Shown one piece after another: positions 40,254 through 50,865 of a stretch of DNA of 64,000 nt. Within the stretch, counting starts at the first letter, position 1. Every line of letters starts with the position of its first letter. The stretch lies in assembly GCA_048887225.1 (NCBI GenBank), contig JBHLJY010000012.1:1-64000 (forward strand), read 5' to 3'. The notes below the pieces were generated by a model. The model did no database searches, was not told the DNA's origin, and saw only the letters and a program-made list of their open reading frames with translations. The position numbers and the translations under genes are program-made. The stretch is from Candidatus Hodarchaeota archaeon. Lineage in GTDB: Archaea > Asgardarchaeota > Lokiarchaeia > Sigyniarchaeales > SOKP01.

Positions 40254-40324
40254 TCCGAAAGCCCACACTAAGGGCTAGTTCCCTTTCAACTAAGATTTAT
40301 TTGGAAGGGGCATTCTATTTCGGA
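40254..40324 (-). promoter_or_regulatory. GC-rich structured 3'-UTR element, candidate SECIS for the UGA-containing hdrA
   Basis: UCCGAAA...UUUCGGA closing stem enclosing CCCUUCCAA/UUGAAAGGG and GCCC/GGGC hairpins, about 15 nt after the stop codon. Confidence 0.5.
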
Positions 40325-40339
40325 TTAAATCTATTGAGA

Positions 40340-42391
40340 TTAGTTAATTATTTCACCTTTTCTTTTAATTTCATCAATAATTTCTTCCGATTTCTTTTTT
40401 AAGCTAATATGATCTATAGTGTCAGCATATTCGACGTCATAACTACAAATACCCTTAATTTCTTCTACTATTTGATTATCTCGATAATATATAAGATCGA
40501 TAGCTCTTGACGGACAGGATGTTACTCAAATCCCACAGCCCTTACATTTTAACTCGTCAACTATAGCTGCATTATCAGGACCTACTTTTATGGCTTGATA
40601 TTCACATAATTTTTCACACCTATGACAACCCATACATAGATATGAGTTAACTTCTACGATAATTAACTCCTGTATTATCGAGTCCTTCGAAAATAAAGTT
40701 GCTACCTTACTTGCTGCTGCTAATGCCGTCGATACAGAATATGGTATATTTTTTGGTCCAACCGCACATCCACATATATATATGCCAGTATTCTTTGTTT
40801 CTTGAGGTTTTAAACACCCATGTATTTCTGTTATAAATCCATTTGGATCTTTTCCTAATCCAAAGATCTCAACAATTTTATCTGTCGTTATTGATGGAAC
40901 TATTCCTGTGGATAAAATAACTAAATCCACGTCAAGATTAATCATATCACCAGTTAAAGTTGAAGATGCATGAATCTTTAATTGGTTTGTTTCTGGATCC
41001 TCCTTGATTTCTCCTACTTTTCCACGAATCATTAAAATACCTAGTTCTCTTGCTTTTCTATAGTATTCTTCATTTCCTTTATCAGGTGTTCTTATATCTA
41101 TATAGAAAATGATAATTTCCATTTCAGGGTATTCTTGCTTTAACAATTGAGCATTTTTAAGAGCAACACATCATCAAACAATTGAACAATACGGATTCCC
41201 TTTTAAAGATCTCGAACCTACACATTGTATCATCGCAACCTTTTTAGGTGCCTTTCCATCAGAAATTCGACATAATTTGCCTCCTGTTGGTCCAACAGGA
41301 CTTAACATTCTCTCCAATTCTATTTGTGTAATAACATTAGGATAAATTCCATAGTTATAGTCATTATTTTCATTAATTTGATATTCATCCCAGCCAATAG
41401 CTACGATTATTGCTCCAATATTAACATTAATGTATTCAGGTTTTTGATTGAAATCAATTGCATCAGCTACACAATTTTTCTGGCAACTTTTACAACCAAT
41501 ACATGCATCTTTATCGATAAGAGCAACTTTTGGGACAGCTTGAGGGAAGGGAACATAAATAGCGTTCCTTTTCCCTAAACCCCTATCAAATTCATTAGGG
41601 ATTTTTATCGGGCATTTTGTTGTACATAAACCACAGCCAGTACATTTTCTTTCTTTTACATAACGAGGATTTTTTCTAATTTTCACATTGTAATTTCCTG
41701 GAATCCCACTGAATTCAATAATTTCGCTATAAGTAAATAGATTTATATTTGGGTGTTTATAAGTATTAACCATTATTGGAGCAAGAACTCAAATCGCACA
41801 ATCGTCTGTAGGATAAATCCGATCTAACTGTGCCATTTTTCCTCCAATGGTAGGTTCTTTTTCAACTAAATAAACAATAATTCCTTGATTCGCTAGATCT
41901 AAGGCAGCATTCATACCAGCTATTCCAGCACCTATGACTAACGCTGCTTTTTTTACTGAAATTTTTTTACAAGGGATGATTTCTAAATTACGAGCTCGAT
42001 TTATACCTGCTTTTACTAATCTTTTTGCTTTTTCTGTCGCACTTTCTGGATCATCTGAATGAACAAATGAACACTGTTCTCGAAGATTAACCATTTGAAA
42101 ATAGTATGGACTTAATCCAGTTTCATCCAAAACACTCCTATATGTTTCTTCATGAATTTTTGGCGTACAAGCAGCAACAACTATTCTGTTTAAATCTAAT
42201 TGTAATATATCTTTTTTAATGATTTCCTGCCCTGGATCACTACATGTAAAATCATTACATCTAGAAATAATTACATTGGGTAATGTTATAACAAAATCCC
42301 TCACGATAATACAATCAATCGTTGCACCAATATTAACACCTCATCTACAAATATATACTCCAATTCGAATATTGGTCTGTTCTTCAGACAT
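40340..42391 (-). CDS. hdrA: Heterodisulfide reductase subunit A, selenoprotein with five in-frame UGA codons (683 aa)
   Basis: Single frame from ATG 42391 to TAA 40340. UGA at 42341, 41789, 41174, 41171 and 40526, each aligning with a conserved Cys of the paralogues. Confidence 0.9.
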
Positions 42392-42962
42392 TTACTCCAC
42401 CCTTGTAAAACATCACCGTTTTTTAAAATTTATAATAAATTATTAAAAAATTTGTACAATTGAGGTTTTTTGTAAAAAAAATGGTCAAATTTAAATTATC
42501 ATTATCTTGACTAATCAATTAATCTTATTGTAGTAAAACTTTAACAGATAACTCAATTAATTTACCCTGATTGTTATACTTAAGATATCTATGTTTTTAA
42601 ATCGTAATTTTTTCCCTAATTTCATCAATTTAATACCAATTAGATCTCAATATGACAGAAATATAAATTATCTGATAAGAAAAGTTTTAATTCGTTTGAT
42701 AAATTTATTTGTCAAATCTATTCAAAATTTCTATAGAGTAAAAAACCTAAATGATAGACCTCTCTTTTCACCATTCAGATATGAAAAAATTTATGTTCAA
42801 TATGGTACATAAATTGATCGAAACCATACATATGTTTATATAATATGACATCTATATTTATCTTGTGGATCATAAAGTTTGCTAAATTAGTCATTGAATT
42901 TTTATTTTTGATCATTTATTGATTTAATAATAAATTCAAAGGAAGAGAGAGGTAGATCAAGT

Positions 42963-45512
42963 TTGGATATTTATTCTATAATTTCTCATCCATTTAGGCG
43001 AAAAATTCTATTACTTTTAGAAATTGAAGGCTATATTCCTTATAGTGACTTAATGGAAAAATTAGGATTAGATACAACGGGGCAGCTTAATTTTCATCTG
43101 AAAAAATTAGGAACCCTCATCAATAAGGATAGAAAATCCTACTATCTTACTGAAGATGGAAAAAGAGTAATTAAAATAATGAATATAAATAAGCGTATTT
43201 TATTTGGAGAGAATATGGATGAATATTTAAATTCGAAAGGAAGCGAGATAACCCGTGTAGGAGTTATAATTTGTAATTGTAATACAGAAATTTCAAATGT
43301 TTTTAATATCATATCACTTCAGAATTATATCAATAAATTAAAGAATGTAGTATCTGTAAAGGTTTTTGAAAATTTATGTCAAGAGAAGAACTTTAAGAAG
43401 ATTACAGATTGGGTGAGGGAGAACTTCTTAAATAAAATAATTATTGCTGCGTGTTCCCCAAAAACACATCAGCATCTTTTTGAACGAATTTTTGATGATG
43501 TTATTGACCATTCAAATATAGAAATCGCTAATATAAGAGAGCAATGTGCTTGGGTGCATCAGTCTAACTCTGATCATATCGATACCGCTCTTACTTTAGA
43601 AAAAGCTCGACTACTAATTGAAGCGGCAATTGAACGAGTTACATTGCAAAAAATCGTAAAAGTTAAGAGAGTAGAAGTAGAAAAAAGTTGTGCCATTTTA
43701 GGAGGAGGGATTGCAGGAATGACTCTTGCTTTAAATTTAGCACGCGCAGGCATTAAAGTACATCTTATTGAAAAATCACCTACATTAGGAGGTAAAGTCG
43801 CTAGATGGCACCGAATATCAAATATCGGGGATTGTTCAATATGCTTTATCTCGGAATTAATAGGAGAATTAGTGAATGAAAAAAATATAAAAATACAAAC
43901 AAATACGGAATTTGTTGATGTATCAGGAGGAGTTGGAGATTTTTCTATAGAGTTGATTAAAAAACCTCGATATGTTGATGTGAAAAAATGTACTGGTTGT
44001 AAACAATGTATCGATGTTTGTAGTATAGAAAAACCTAATCAATATGAATATGGTTTAACAAATCGAAAAATCATCTATATTCCTTTTATTCATTCTTACC
44101 CATACGCTCCATTAATTGATGAAGCTGACCTTAAAAATTGTCTCAACTGTAGAATATGTGAAAGAGCATGCGTAAATAAAGCAATTGATCTGGATCAAAA
44201 ACCAAAAAGAGTAAAAATCAAGGTTGGTGCAAAAGTTATAGCAATTGGTTCTGATCTTTACTTTGATTTAGAAAAATATCATTATAATCCTCAGAATGAT
44301 ATTATAACAACACCTGAATTCGAGCGAATGCTTTCATCAGATGGTTTTACCGATGGCGAGATATTAAAGGTCTCTGATAAAATCCCTCCAAAAACTATTT
44401 CAATTATCCAATGTGTGGGACCTTCAGATAGCAAATGTGAATTTAATTATATCTTGGCGTTAAAATATTTAGAATCTATTAAACAGAAAATTCCTAATTG
44501 TATAGTTAATGTCTTTTATGATTTGAGTCAATTAAGAGAAAATAATAATTTTTTATTTAAATCTACAGATCCTAGATTTCACTATATAAATAAGCTTGAA
44601 ATTATTGATAGAAATAATCAAAAATTTGTTAAAGCAGATGCAGAGGAATTTCAGAGTGATTTAATAATTCTAAATATAACGATGGTACCAAATAAAGATT
44701 TAAAATCACTGCGAAAAACAATGGATTTTACATTGGATGACTATGGCTTTATGAGCGAAGATACATTAACATCTGGAATCTATGGAGTTGGTACGATTTT
44801 TGGCCAATTAAATTATAATTCTACGATATCAACTGCGAACAATGTAGCTTTAAAAATAATTTCATTATTATCGAAAGATTTTTTAATCGCGGAATTTAGT
44901 GGAATTGATATCAACGAAGAATTATGCGGTTTATGTGGATTATGTTTGAAAACATGTCCATATAATGCTCTAACTATCGAATCAGATGTTATTACTATTG
45001 ATAAATTTAAATGTAAAGGATGTGGCACTTGTGTAAGTGTTTGTCCTACAAATGCCATTGAAATGAATCTTGATACTTCTGAAAAAATTATTAAAACTAT
45101 AGAAGTTTTTTCAAAATTTAAAAAAAGACCAAAAATTATCGCTTTTTGTTGTCGTTCATGTGGTTATGCTGCTGCTGATGATGCGGGTTTAAAAAAAAAA
45201 TATTATATTCCAAATACATTTATCGTTCGAGTGCCATGTACCGGTCGTATTGATACAAATTTTATCATTAAATCTTTCGAAAATGGTTTTGATGGAGTAA
45301 TAATTATCGGTTGTAGAAAAAATTCTTGTAGATACATTGATGGAATACAAAAAGCAAAAAAAAAAGTTCAATTATTAAAGAATATACTAAGATCGGGGTA
45401 TAAAGAACGAATACTTCTTGAACATATGAATGCTGTTGAGGGGAATAAATTTGCTGAGATTGTTAATGAATTTTATGATAAAATAAAGGAGGAGATTAAA
45501 TTTGAAGCCTAG
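42963..45512 (+). CDS. ArsR-type wHTH - HdrA-like - MvhD fusion protein
   Basis: SHPFRRKIL...YSDLM..LG....GQLNFHLKKL...YYLTEDG, then ICNC, CSP, NIREQC, GGGIAG, ferredoxin motifs, then FCCRSCGY, RVPCTGR. Confidence 0.88.
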   Translation: MDIYSIISHPFRRKILLLLEIEGYIPYSDLMEKLGLDTTGQLNFHLKKLGTLINKDRKSYYLTEDGKRVIKIMNINKRILFGENMDEYLNSKGSEITRVGVIICNCNTEISNVFNIISLQNYINKLKNVVSVKVFENLCQEKNFKKITDWVRENFLNKIIIAACSPKTHQHLFERIFDDVIDHSNIEIANIREQCAWVHQSNSDHIDTALTLEKARLLIEAAIERVTLQKIVKVKRVEVEKSCAILGGGIAGMTLALNLARAGIKVHLIEKSPTLGGKVARWHRISNIGDCSICFISELIGELVNEKNIKIQTNTEFVDVSGGVGDFSIELIKKPRYVDVKKCTGCKQCIDVCSIEKPNQYEYGLTNRKIIYIPFIHSYPYAPLIDEADLKNCLNCRICERACVNKAIDLDQKPKRVKIKVGAKVIAIGSDLYFDLEKYHYNPQNDIITTPEFERMLSSDGFTDGEILKVSDKIPPKTISIIQCVGPSDSKCEFNYILALKYLESIKQKIPNCIVNVFYDLSQLRENNNFLFKSTDPRFHYINKLEIIDRNNQKFVKADAEEFQSDLIILNITMVPNKDLKSLRKTMDFTLDDYGFMSEDTLTSGIYGVGTIFGQLNYNSTISTANNVALKIISLLSKDFLIAEFSGIDINEELCGLCGLCLKTCPYNALTIESDVITIDKFKCKGCGTCVSVCPTNAIEMNLDTSEKIIKTIEVFSKFKKRPKIIAFCCRSCGYAAADDAGLKKKYYIPNTFIVRVPCTGRIDTNFIIKSFENGFDGVIIIGCRKNSCRYIDGIQKAKKKVQLLKNILRSGYKERILLEHMNAVEGNKFAEIVNEFYDKIKEEIKFEA

Positions 45513-46266
45513 ATTTCTAATTTCTTCTTTAACTAGTTGTAGTGGTTGTATTTCTTCATTAGTAACATTAGATATTTTCCCACAATTTCTGGAAAGAACA
45601 AAAGTTCAATATTTTAATTTTATCTCAGATACTAAAGAAATTAAAGAATGTGATATCGCATTAATCGAGGGATGTGTGAGTGAACCTCCACAGATTAGTC
45701 TCCTTAAAATTATTAGGAAAAATGCGAAAAAAATTTATAGTCTGGGTTCTTGTGCTGCGTTTGGAGGTATATTAAGTCTTTCAGAAAAAAAATCCGCAGA
45801 ACCAATATCCGAATATATTGAGATTGATGGTTTTTTCCCAGGGTGTCCACCTCCCTCTAAATTATTAGGTAATACTTTAATAAAATTAATTGAAAATATC
45901 GAGAGCCCTATAATTCCGCCTAAAAAGAATCTATGCGCAACCTGTCCATTGAGAGATATTAATAACTTTAATTTTGAAACAGAAATAACAAAAATATACC
46001 CTAATCCTAATGAGATTATTACGCCTGAAGAAAATTTAATTTGTTTTTTAAAAAATGGGATTTTGTGTTTAGGACCAATTACACGAGAAGGATGTGAAAA
46101 TATTTGTATTGCACATGGTATTCCATGTGAGGGCTGTATGGGTTCTGTTTCAAAAGATTTTTTTGCGGATATAATCAATTTTTTAAGCTTAATTAAAATT
46201 TCTGATAAATTAAAGAATTATAAGGGTATTTTTTATAGATTTTCAAAACCCAAATTTAAAGAGTGA
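45502..46266 (+). CDS. Group 3-like NiFe hydrogenase small subunit (MvhG-like)
   Basis: CSGC, EG, GSCAAFGG, PGCPP and CLGPITREGC...PCEGC motifs. Confidence 0.88.
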   Translation: MKPRFLISSLTSCSGCISSLVTLDIFPQFLERTKVQYFNFISDTKEIKECDIALIEGCVSEPPQISLLKIIRKNAKKIYSLGSCAAFGGILSLSEKKSAEPISEYIEIDGFFPGCPPPSKLLGNTLIKLIENIESPIIPPKKNLCATCPLRDINNFNFETEITKIYPNPNEIITPEENLICFLKNGILCLGPITREGCENICIAHGIPCEGCMGSVSKDFFADIINFLSLIKISDKLKNYKGIFYRFSKPKFKE

Positions 46267-47573
46267 AATGGTTGAAAAAAGTAATTGATATTTGTACGAG
46301 AGTTGAAGGTCATGGCAATGTAAACATTTTTCTCGAAAATCAAAACGAAGAAATTTCGGAAGTAAATTTTGAAATCTCTATATTTCGAGGATTTGAAAAT
46401 ATATTATTAAGAAAAGAATTATTAGACATTCCTAAAATAATATCACGCGTGTGTGGGTTATGTTATGCATCTCAATCAATTGCTAGTTGTAAAGCTATAG
46501 AAAATTTATATGATATAGAAGTTCCAGAGCAGTCTATTCTTTTAAGACGGCTATTATTAACTGGTGAATTAATAAAATCACATTCCATGCATTTCTTTTT
46601 TCATTCATTACCAGATTTATTAGAAATTTTTAATATTTTAGAGAATACACCATCGCCATATGAAATAATTAATTACGATCTCCATTTGACAACAAATTTC
46701 TATGAATTAATAAAAATCGGAAATGAAATCAATAAAATATTTGGTGGAAGGGCAGTTCATTGTATTACTCAAGTTCCAGGAGGAAATCTTTATTTCCCTT
46801 CCAGAAAAAATATTACTATTGCTCGGAAATATTTACAAAAAGCAATTTTTAGTTTGGAATGGATAATTGAAAAGTTTATTGAATTGTTTTCAGCACAAAC
46901 TCCTCCTATTGACTATGAACTTCCAAATTGTACGTTTTTTGGATTACATAGCCATGGTAAGTATGACAGATATTCTGGAATTTTAGGAATAAAGCAATTT
47001 AATCACAAAATCATTAATTTTTTAGATAAAAATTATTCAAAATATTTAGATAAAGATCCAGATCTACGAGGTATTAATTTTTTTATGGGAAAAAATATTT
47101 TAGTTGGACCTCTTGCTAGACAAAAAATAATTGAGGATTATGGAAAACCAGAAATTTCAACATACTTGAGTTATTTTGATAATTCGTGGCAATATAATAT
47201 TTTATTTTCAACCTTCATTAAATTATTGGAAATGTATATGGAGGCGAAACTAGGTTTAGAAATTTTACAAAATCCTATGTTAGATAATAAAATTTCCTTA
47301 CCTACGCTTAAATCGATAAAAAATTCAGATGGCATTGGGGTTGTAGAAGCCCCAAGAGGGACATTAATGCATCATTACACATTAAACAGAAATAACGAAA
47401 TTGATGAAATAAAGCTTTACATTGCTACTGAAATCAACTTACCGCTTATAAATATAATGATTACTGATTACGCAAGGAAATTATATGAAAAACATGATAT
47501 TAATTTAGTAAAGGAAAAAATCCAGAAGATAATTAGAGCTTTTGATCCATGTATTTCATGTGCAACACATTAA
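46263..47573 (+). CDS. Group 3-like NiFe hydrogenase large subunit, no C-terminal extension
   Basis: RVEGHG, RVCGLC, EAPRG and DPCISCATH followed directly by stop. Confidence 0.92.
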   Translation: MKWLKKVIDICTRVEGHGNVNIFLENQNEEISEVNFEISIFRGFENILLRKELLDIPKIISRVCGLCYASQSIASCKAIENLYDIEVPEQSILLRRLLLTGELIKSHSMHFFFHSLPDLLEIFNILENTPSPYEIINYDLHLTTNFYELIKIGNEINKIFGGRAVHCITQVPGGNLYFPSRKNITIARKYLQKAIFSLEWIIEKFIELFSAQTPPIDYELPNCTFFGLHSHGKYDRYSGILGIKQFNHKIINFLDKNYSKYLDKDPDLRGINFFMGKNILVGPLARQKIIEDYGKPEISTYLSYFDNSWQYNILFSTFIKLLEMYMEAKLGLEILQNPMLDNKISLPTLKSIKNSDGIGVVEAPRGTLMHHYTLNRNNEIDEIKLYIATEINLPLINIMITDYARKLYEKHDINLVKEKIQKIIRAFDPCISCATH

Positions 47574-47603
47574 CTTATTATTAATAATTAATGGTAATTC
47601 GAA

Positions 47604-48626
47604 ATGATTGATTTTTTTACTAAGAATGAAACAAAAGACGACAAACTCGAAGACATCTGTGAAGTATATCTTCTTTATTTTGATGAATCTAAAGGTCCAA
47701 TCCCAATTCTTATCTATCCTGATGAATCTATAAAAAATAATCCTGAAAAAATGCGATTAATTAATATACATCCAATTTGGTTTTTGGATATAAAAAAGCA
47801 TGAAAATTTTAATCGCATCGATTTAGAGTATGAAGGAAAAATGTTTTTTGCTAAAAAATTCTTTGTAAATTCGAAAAGAAAAAAGAAAAGAGCTGGATTA
47901 GGAACTACTACTCCAGAAACAATTATCTTAATTATTGCTCTTTCTAATGATATTGACTTATTTGGAAATTTGCTTCTAAATAAAATTACTGAGGCTATTA
48001 TTACAAATTTTGGTAGTAATTTATATCAGGTGATTGAATCGGAAATTGTTAAATATAATTTGGTGAAAACTCCAAAATTAAGAGAAATTGTTACTAAAGG
48101 AGATTACTTAAAGATGAGGCTTTCCAATTTAATAAAGAAAATTTGTAATGAATTCTTCCTATCTTTCATAGAACAGATTGATGCTACATCTATTAAATTG
48201 CAGAAAGCTTTATCGTATTTCATGTTAAAAGGGATTTTTTTAAACAAAAGATTATTAAATAGAGAAAAAAAACAGTTTTCAATCACAGAGCTTTTTGAAT
48301 CGACAAAAAATGATATTAACAAAATAGGACAGCAAACTTTATTTAAATTTATGAATTTCAAAATTATTCAAGATTCAAGCGAGATAGAGATTAAAGTAAA
48401 AAACATCTCCAAAAAATTTATAGAAAATTTGAGAACCAAAATCACGTACGTAAAAGAATTTTTTGAAGATGATCTTTTAAATGAAAAAATAGATTACTGG
48501 CATCCCGAAGAGGAAATTCTTATAATCTTTCCAATTATTCCTGGAATTAGTGATTACATATTTTATATTATTGGAAATGCCGATAGAAATATATTATTTT
48601 CAAAAAAAATTGAAATAAGAAGATGA
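47604..48626 (+). CDS. Uncharacterised protein with a longin/uDENN-like N-terminus
   Basis: VYLLYFDESKGPIPILIYP N-terminal motif; beta-rich C-domain. Confidence 0.6.
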   Translation: MIDFFTKNETKDDKLEDICEVYLLYFDESKGPIPILIYPDESIKNNPEKMRLINIHPIWFLDIKKHENFNRIDLEYEGKMFFAKKFFVNSKRKKKRAGLGTTTPETIILIIALSNDIDLFGNLLLNKITEAIITNFGSNLYQVIESEIVKYNLVKTPKLREIVTKGDYLKMRLSNLIKKICNEFFLSFIEQIDATSIKLQKALSYFMLKGIFLNKRLLNREKKQFSITELFESTKNDINKIGQQTLFKFMNFKIIQDSSEIEIKVKNISKKFIENLRTKITYVKEFFEDDLLNEKIDYWHPEEEILIIFPIIPGISDYIFYIIGNADRNILFSKKIEIRR

Positions 48627-48764
48627 TATAATTTTATCTTTTTGCTTGATTCTGGGCTTTTTTAAACTATAAATAAATTATAATATTTCTATAAACCGAG
48701 TTAAATTATTAATTTAAATTCATATTCTCATATTTTTATCATTCTATTAAGAATGCCTTCTCGA

Positions 48765-49544
48765 TTATACCCTCCAAACCATAAATTTTACAAGAATAAT
48801 TATACCTAACATTATAGCAATACTTCCTATTAAAAATCGTGCCTTACTCTGATTTTTAATTTTACTAGTTCCAAACGCTCCGAAAAAAGCAGCAAAAGTT
48901 CCACTAATGACTAATAGCTTTAATAATGTATAATCTGAAATTCCATATATAATATAAAATGTAAAAAATCCAGCAATAGATATAAGAAACTTGGCTGCTT
49001 TAGTTACTCCTATAGCTTGTTTGGCGTCTCTGCCTGAAATGATCTGACCTGTGGTAAGAATTGGTCCGAAACCGCCTCCTGAAATTGCCTTATTAAAGGC
49101 ACTAATAATACTAAAAATCTCTAATTTTTTCCAAGAAAATTTGAAACTTTTTATAAATAATAAAACAAATCCAACAAAGATTATTGAAATTCCGATGTAT
49201 ATCTCGATAAAAACCTTTGGTATTTGTAATACAATAATTATAGAAATTATCATGGTAATGACACATAATATAGTAAAAAGAAAAACAACTCTAATATTTT
49301 TTTCTTTTAAACCTAAATTACAATTACCCATCTCATGATGGAAAATGGTAGCACTTAAACTTGTTAGCATTTCTGAAAATAAAATTGACGGAATTACTAA
49401 AAACACATCAAAACCTAATAGTAATAATATAGGACACATTAAAGTACCATACCCCATTCCAAGCGAACTATCTAGAAATTCACAACAGAATGCCAGAAAT
49501 AAAATTATAATAATTATTGTAATGTCGATAAAACACCACTCCAT
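48765..49544 (-). CDS. TauE/SafE family sulfite exporter-like membrane protein
   Basis: DSSLGMGYG..P.L and SGGGFGP motifs; about 8 TM segments. Confidence 0.88.
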   Translation of the reverse strand: MEWCFIDITIIIIILFLAFCCEFLDSSLGMGYGTLMCPILLLLGFDVFLVIPSILFSEMLTSLSATIFHHEMGNCNLGLKEKNIRVVFLFTILCVITMIISIIIVLQIPKVFIEIYIGISIIFVGFVLLFIKSFKFSWKKLEIFSIISAFNKAISGGGFGPILTTGQIISGRDAKQAIGVTKAAKFLISIAGFFTFYIIYGISDYTLLKLLVISGTFAAFFGAFGTSKIKNQSKARFLIGSIAIMLGIIILVKFMVWRV

Positions 49545-49574
49545 TTCTTTTGACTCCTATTGGTAATAATGATT

Positions 49575-50387
49575 TTAGATAATTATTGTATAAAGGATGT
49601 ATACTCCAATTCCTATAGCGTAGGTTGGTATAATGAATTTCCATACTGTATTAGGAACTACTCGTACAATATAAGGAGTTATTAATGCTCCAAAGAAAGC
49701 GCCGGTGAAAATCCATGGTAGAAGGATGAGTTCAACTTTTACGCCAATTGCTGATACAACGAGAAATGAAAAAGTACCCGCTACGGATACCATTGCCTCT
49801 GAAAAAGAAACAATAGCGGTCGCACTTTTTTCATATACCCCGCTAGAAACTTCTCCTAAAGTAATAACTGGACCATAACCTCCACCACCTACACCTTTAT
49901 TAAAACCAGCAAGAACAGCAAAACCTATCATTAATTTCAGATTAGGATTTAACTCTTTTTTTTTCGTAATTTTTGCTCTGAAAACTCCAAATATACCCAT
50001 GAAAAGAACTAAAATTGCTACATATAATTTAATAAAAGCTTTTGGTAGCTTCAACGCAGCATAAGTAAGATAAATCGAAAACACAATAGATAAACATCCA
50101 AAAAAGGCAATAATAAAAGCTAATTTCGTACTATCACTCATAGGCCGGAATTTAAATTCAACATTTTTAAATTCATTATCAAAATAAGAATCAACAAAGC
50201 CCGTTACTGATTCCGAAATTAAAATTGTGGGCACTATTTGTAAAGGATCAAATCCCATCAATAATAATATCGGTGCCATTCCTGTTCCAAAACCCATTCC
50301 AGTACCAGAATCCATTATTTCAAAAAGAAATGCTATTAAAATTATTAATATAATTAATTCTAACGTTAATGTAACCATTTCACTCAC
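49575..50387 (-). CDS. TauE/SafE family membrane protein
   Basis: DSGTGMGFG and GGGGYGP motifs. Confidence 0.88.
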   Translation of the reverse strand: MSEMVTLTLELIILIILIAFLFEIMDSGTGMGFGTGMAPILLLMGFDPLQIVPTILISESVTGFVDSYFDNEFKNVEFKFRPMSDSTKLAFIIAFFGCLSIVFSIYLTYAALKLPKAFIKLYVAILVLFMGIFGVFRAKITKKKELNPNLKLMIGFAVLAGFNKGVGGGGYGPVITLGEVSSGVYEKSATAIVSFSEAMVSVAGTFSFLVVSAIGVKVELILLPWIFTGAFFGALITPYIVRVVPNTVWKFIIPTYAIGIGVYILYTIII

Positions 50388-50431
50388 TCAAAGAAATATA
50401 ATAATTGGAAATAATAATAAATTGAGAGATT

Positions 50432-50587
50432 TTAAAGAAACACTGTAAAAAGTATCATAAAAGCGATGTAAATTAATAGTGCTACAAGGATTTTCTTAAT
50501 AGACCGACTTTCGATCTTCATTCTTTCTTTTATATTTTTATCATCTAATAATCTTGCTCTTTCTCCAATATTCCGTTGCTTTGACAT
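50432..50587 (-). CDS. Small single-pass membrane protein (51 aa), not in ORF track
   Basis: MSKQRNIGERARLLDD...KKILVALLIYIAFMILFTVFL; upstream of the tauE pair. Confidence 0.55.
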   Translation of the reverse strand: MSKQRNIGERARLLDDKNIKERMKIESRSIKKILVALLIYIAFMILFTVFL

Positions 50588-50865
50588 TTTTCAACAACTA
50601 TATTTTTTAATTACTGGTAATTATATATCGATAATAATTAATTACTAGTAATTATTCGATGATATTTAAATATTGGCCTTTTCTATCCTCAAATTTAAGA
50701 AATTTATTTTATCAGTAATAATAAATTATTTAATCATAAAAAAAAAGTTAAATCTTTACCCAGAATTCAGAGAAATTTAAACTTTAAAATTTCTATACAC
50801 TATAAAAAAAATAAAAAACCAAAGAAGTGAAGAGCTTTTTAAATTTTTACCATATTTTTAAATTA

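Noticed and set aside
40254-40324. tRNA (e.g. tRNA-Sec)
   Set aside because: Only two internal arms; no T-loop or anticodon-arm consensus
40526-42304. Three separate ORFs or a pseudogenised hdrA
   Set aside because: All three are in one frame, and every stop is TGA at a conserved Cys column
42591-42812. 73-aa ORF in the divergent hdrA spacer
   Set aside because: No RBS or motif; more likely regulatory DNA
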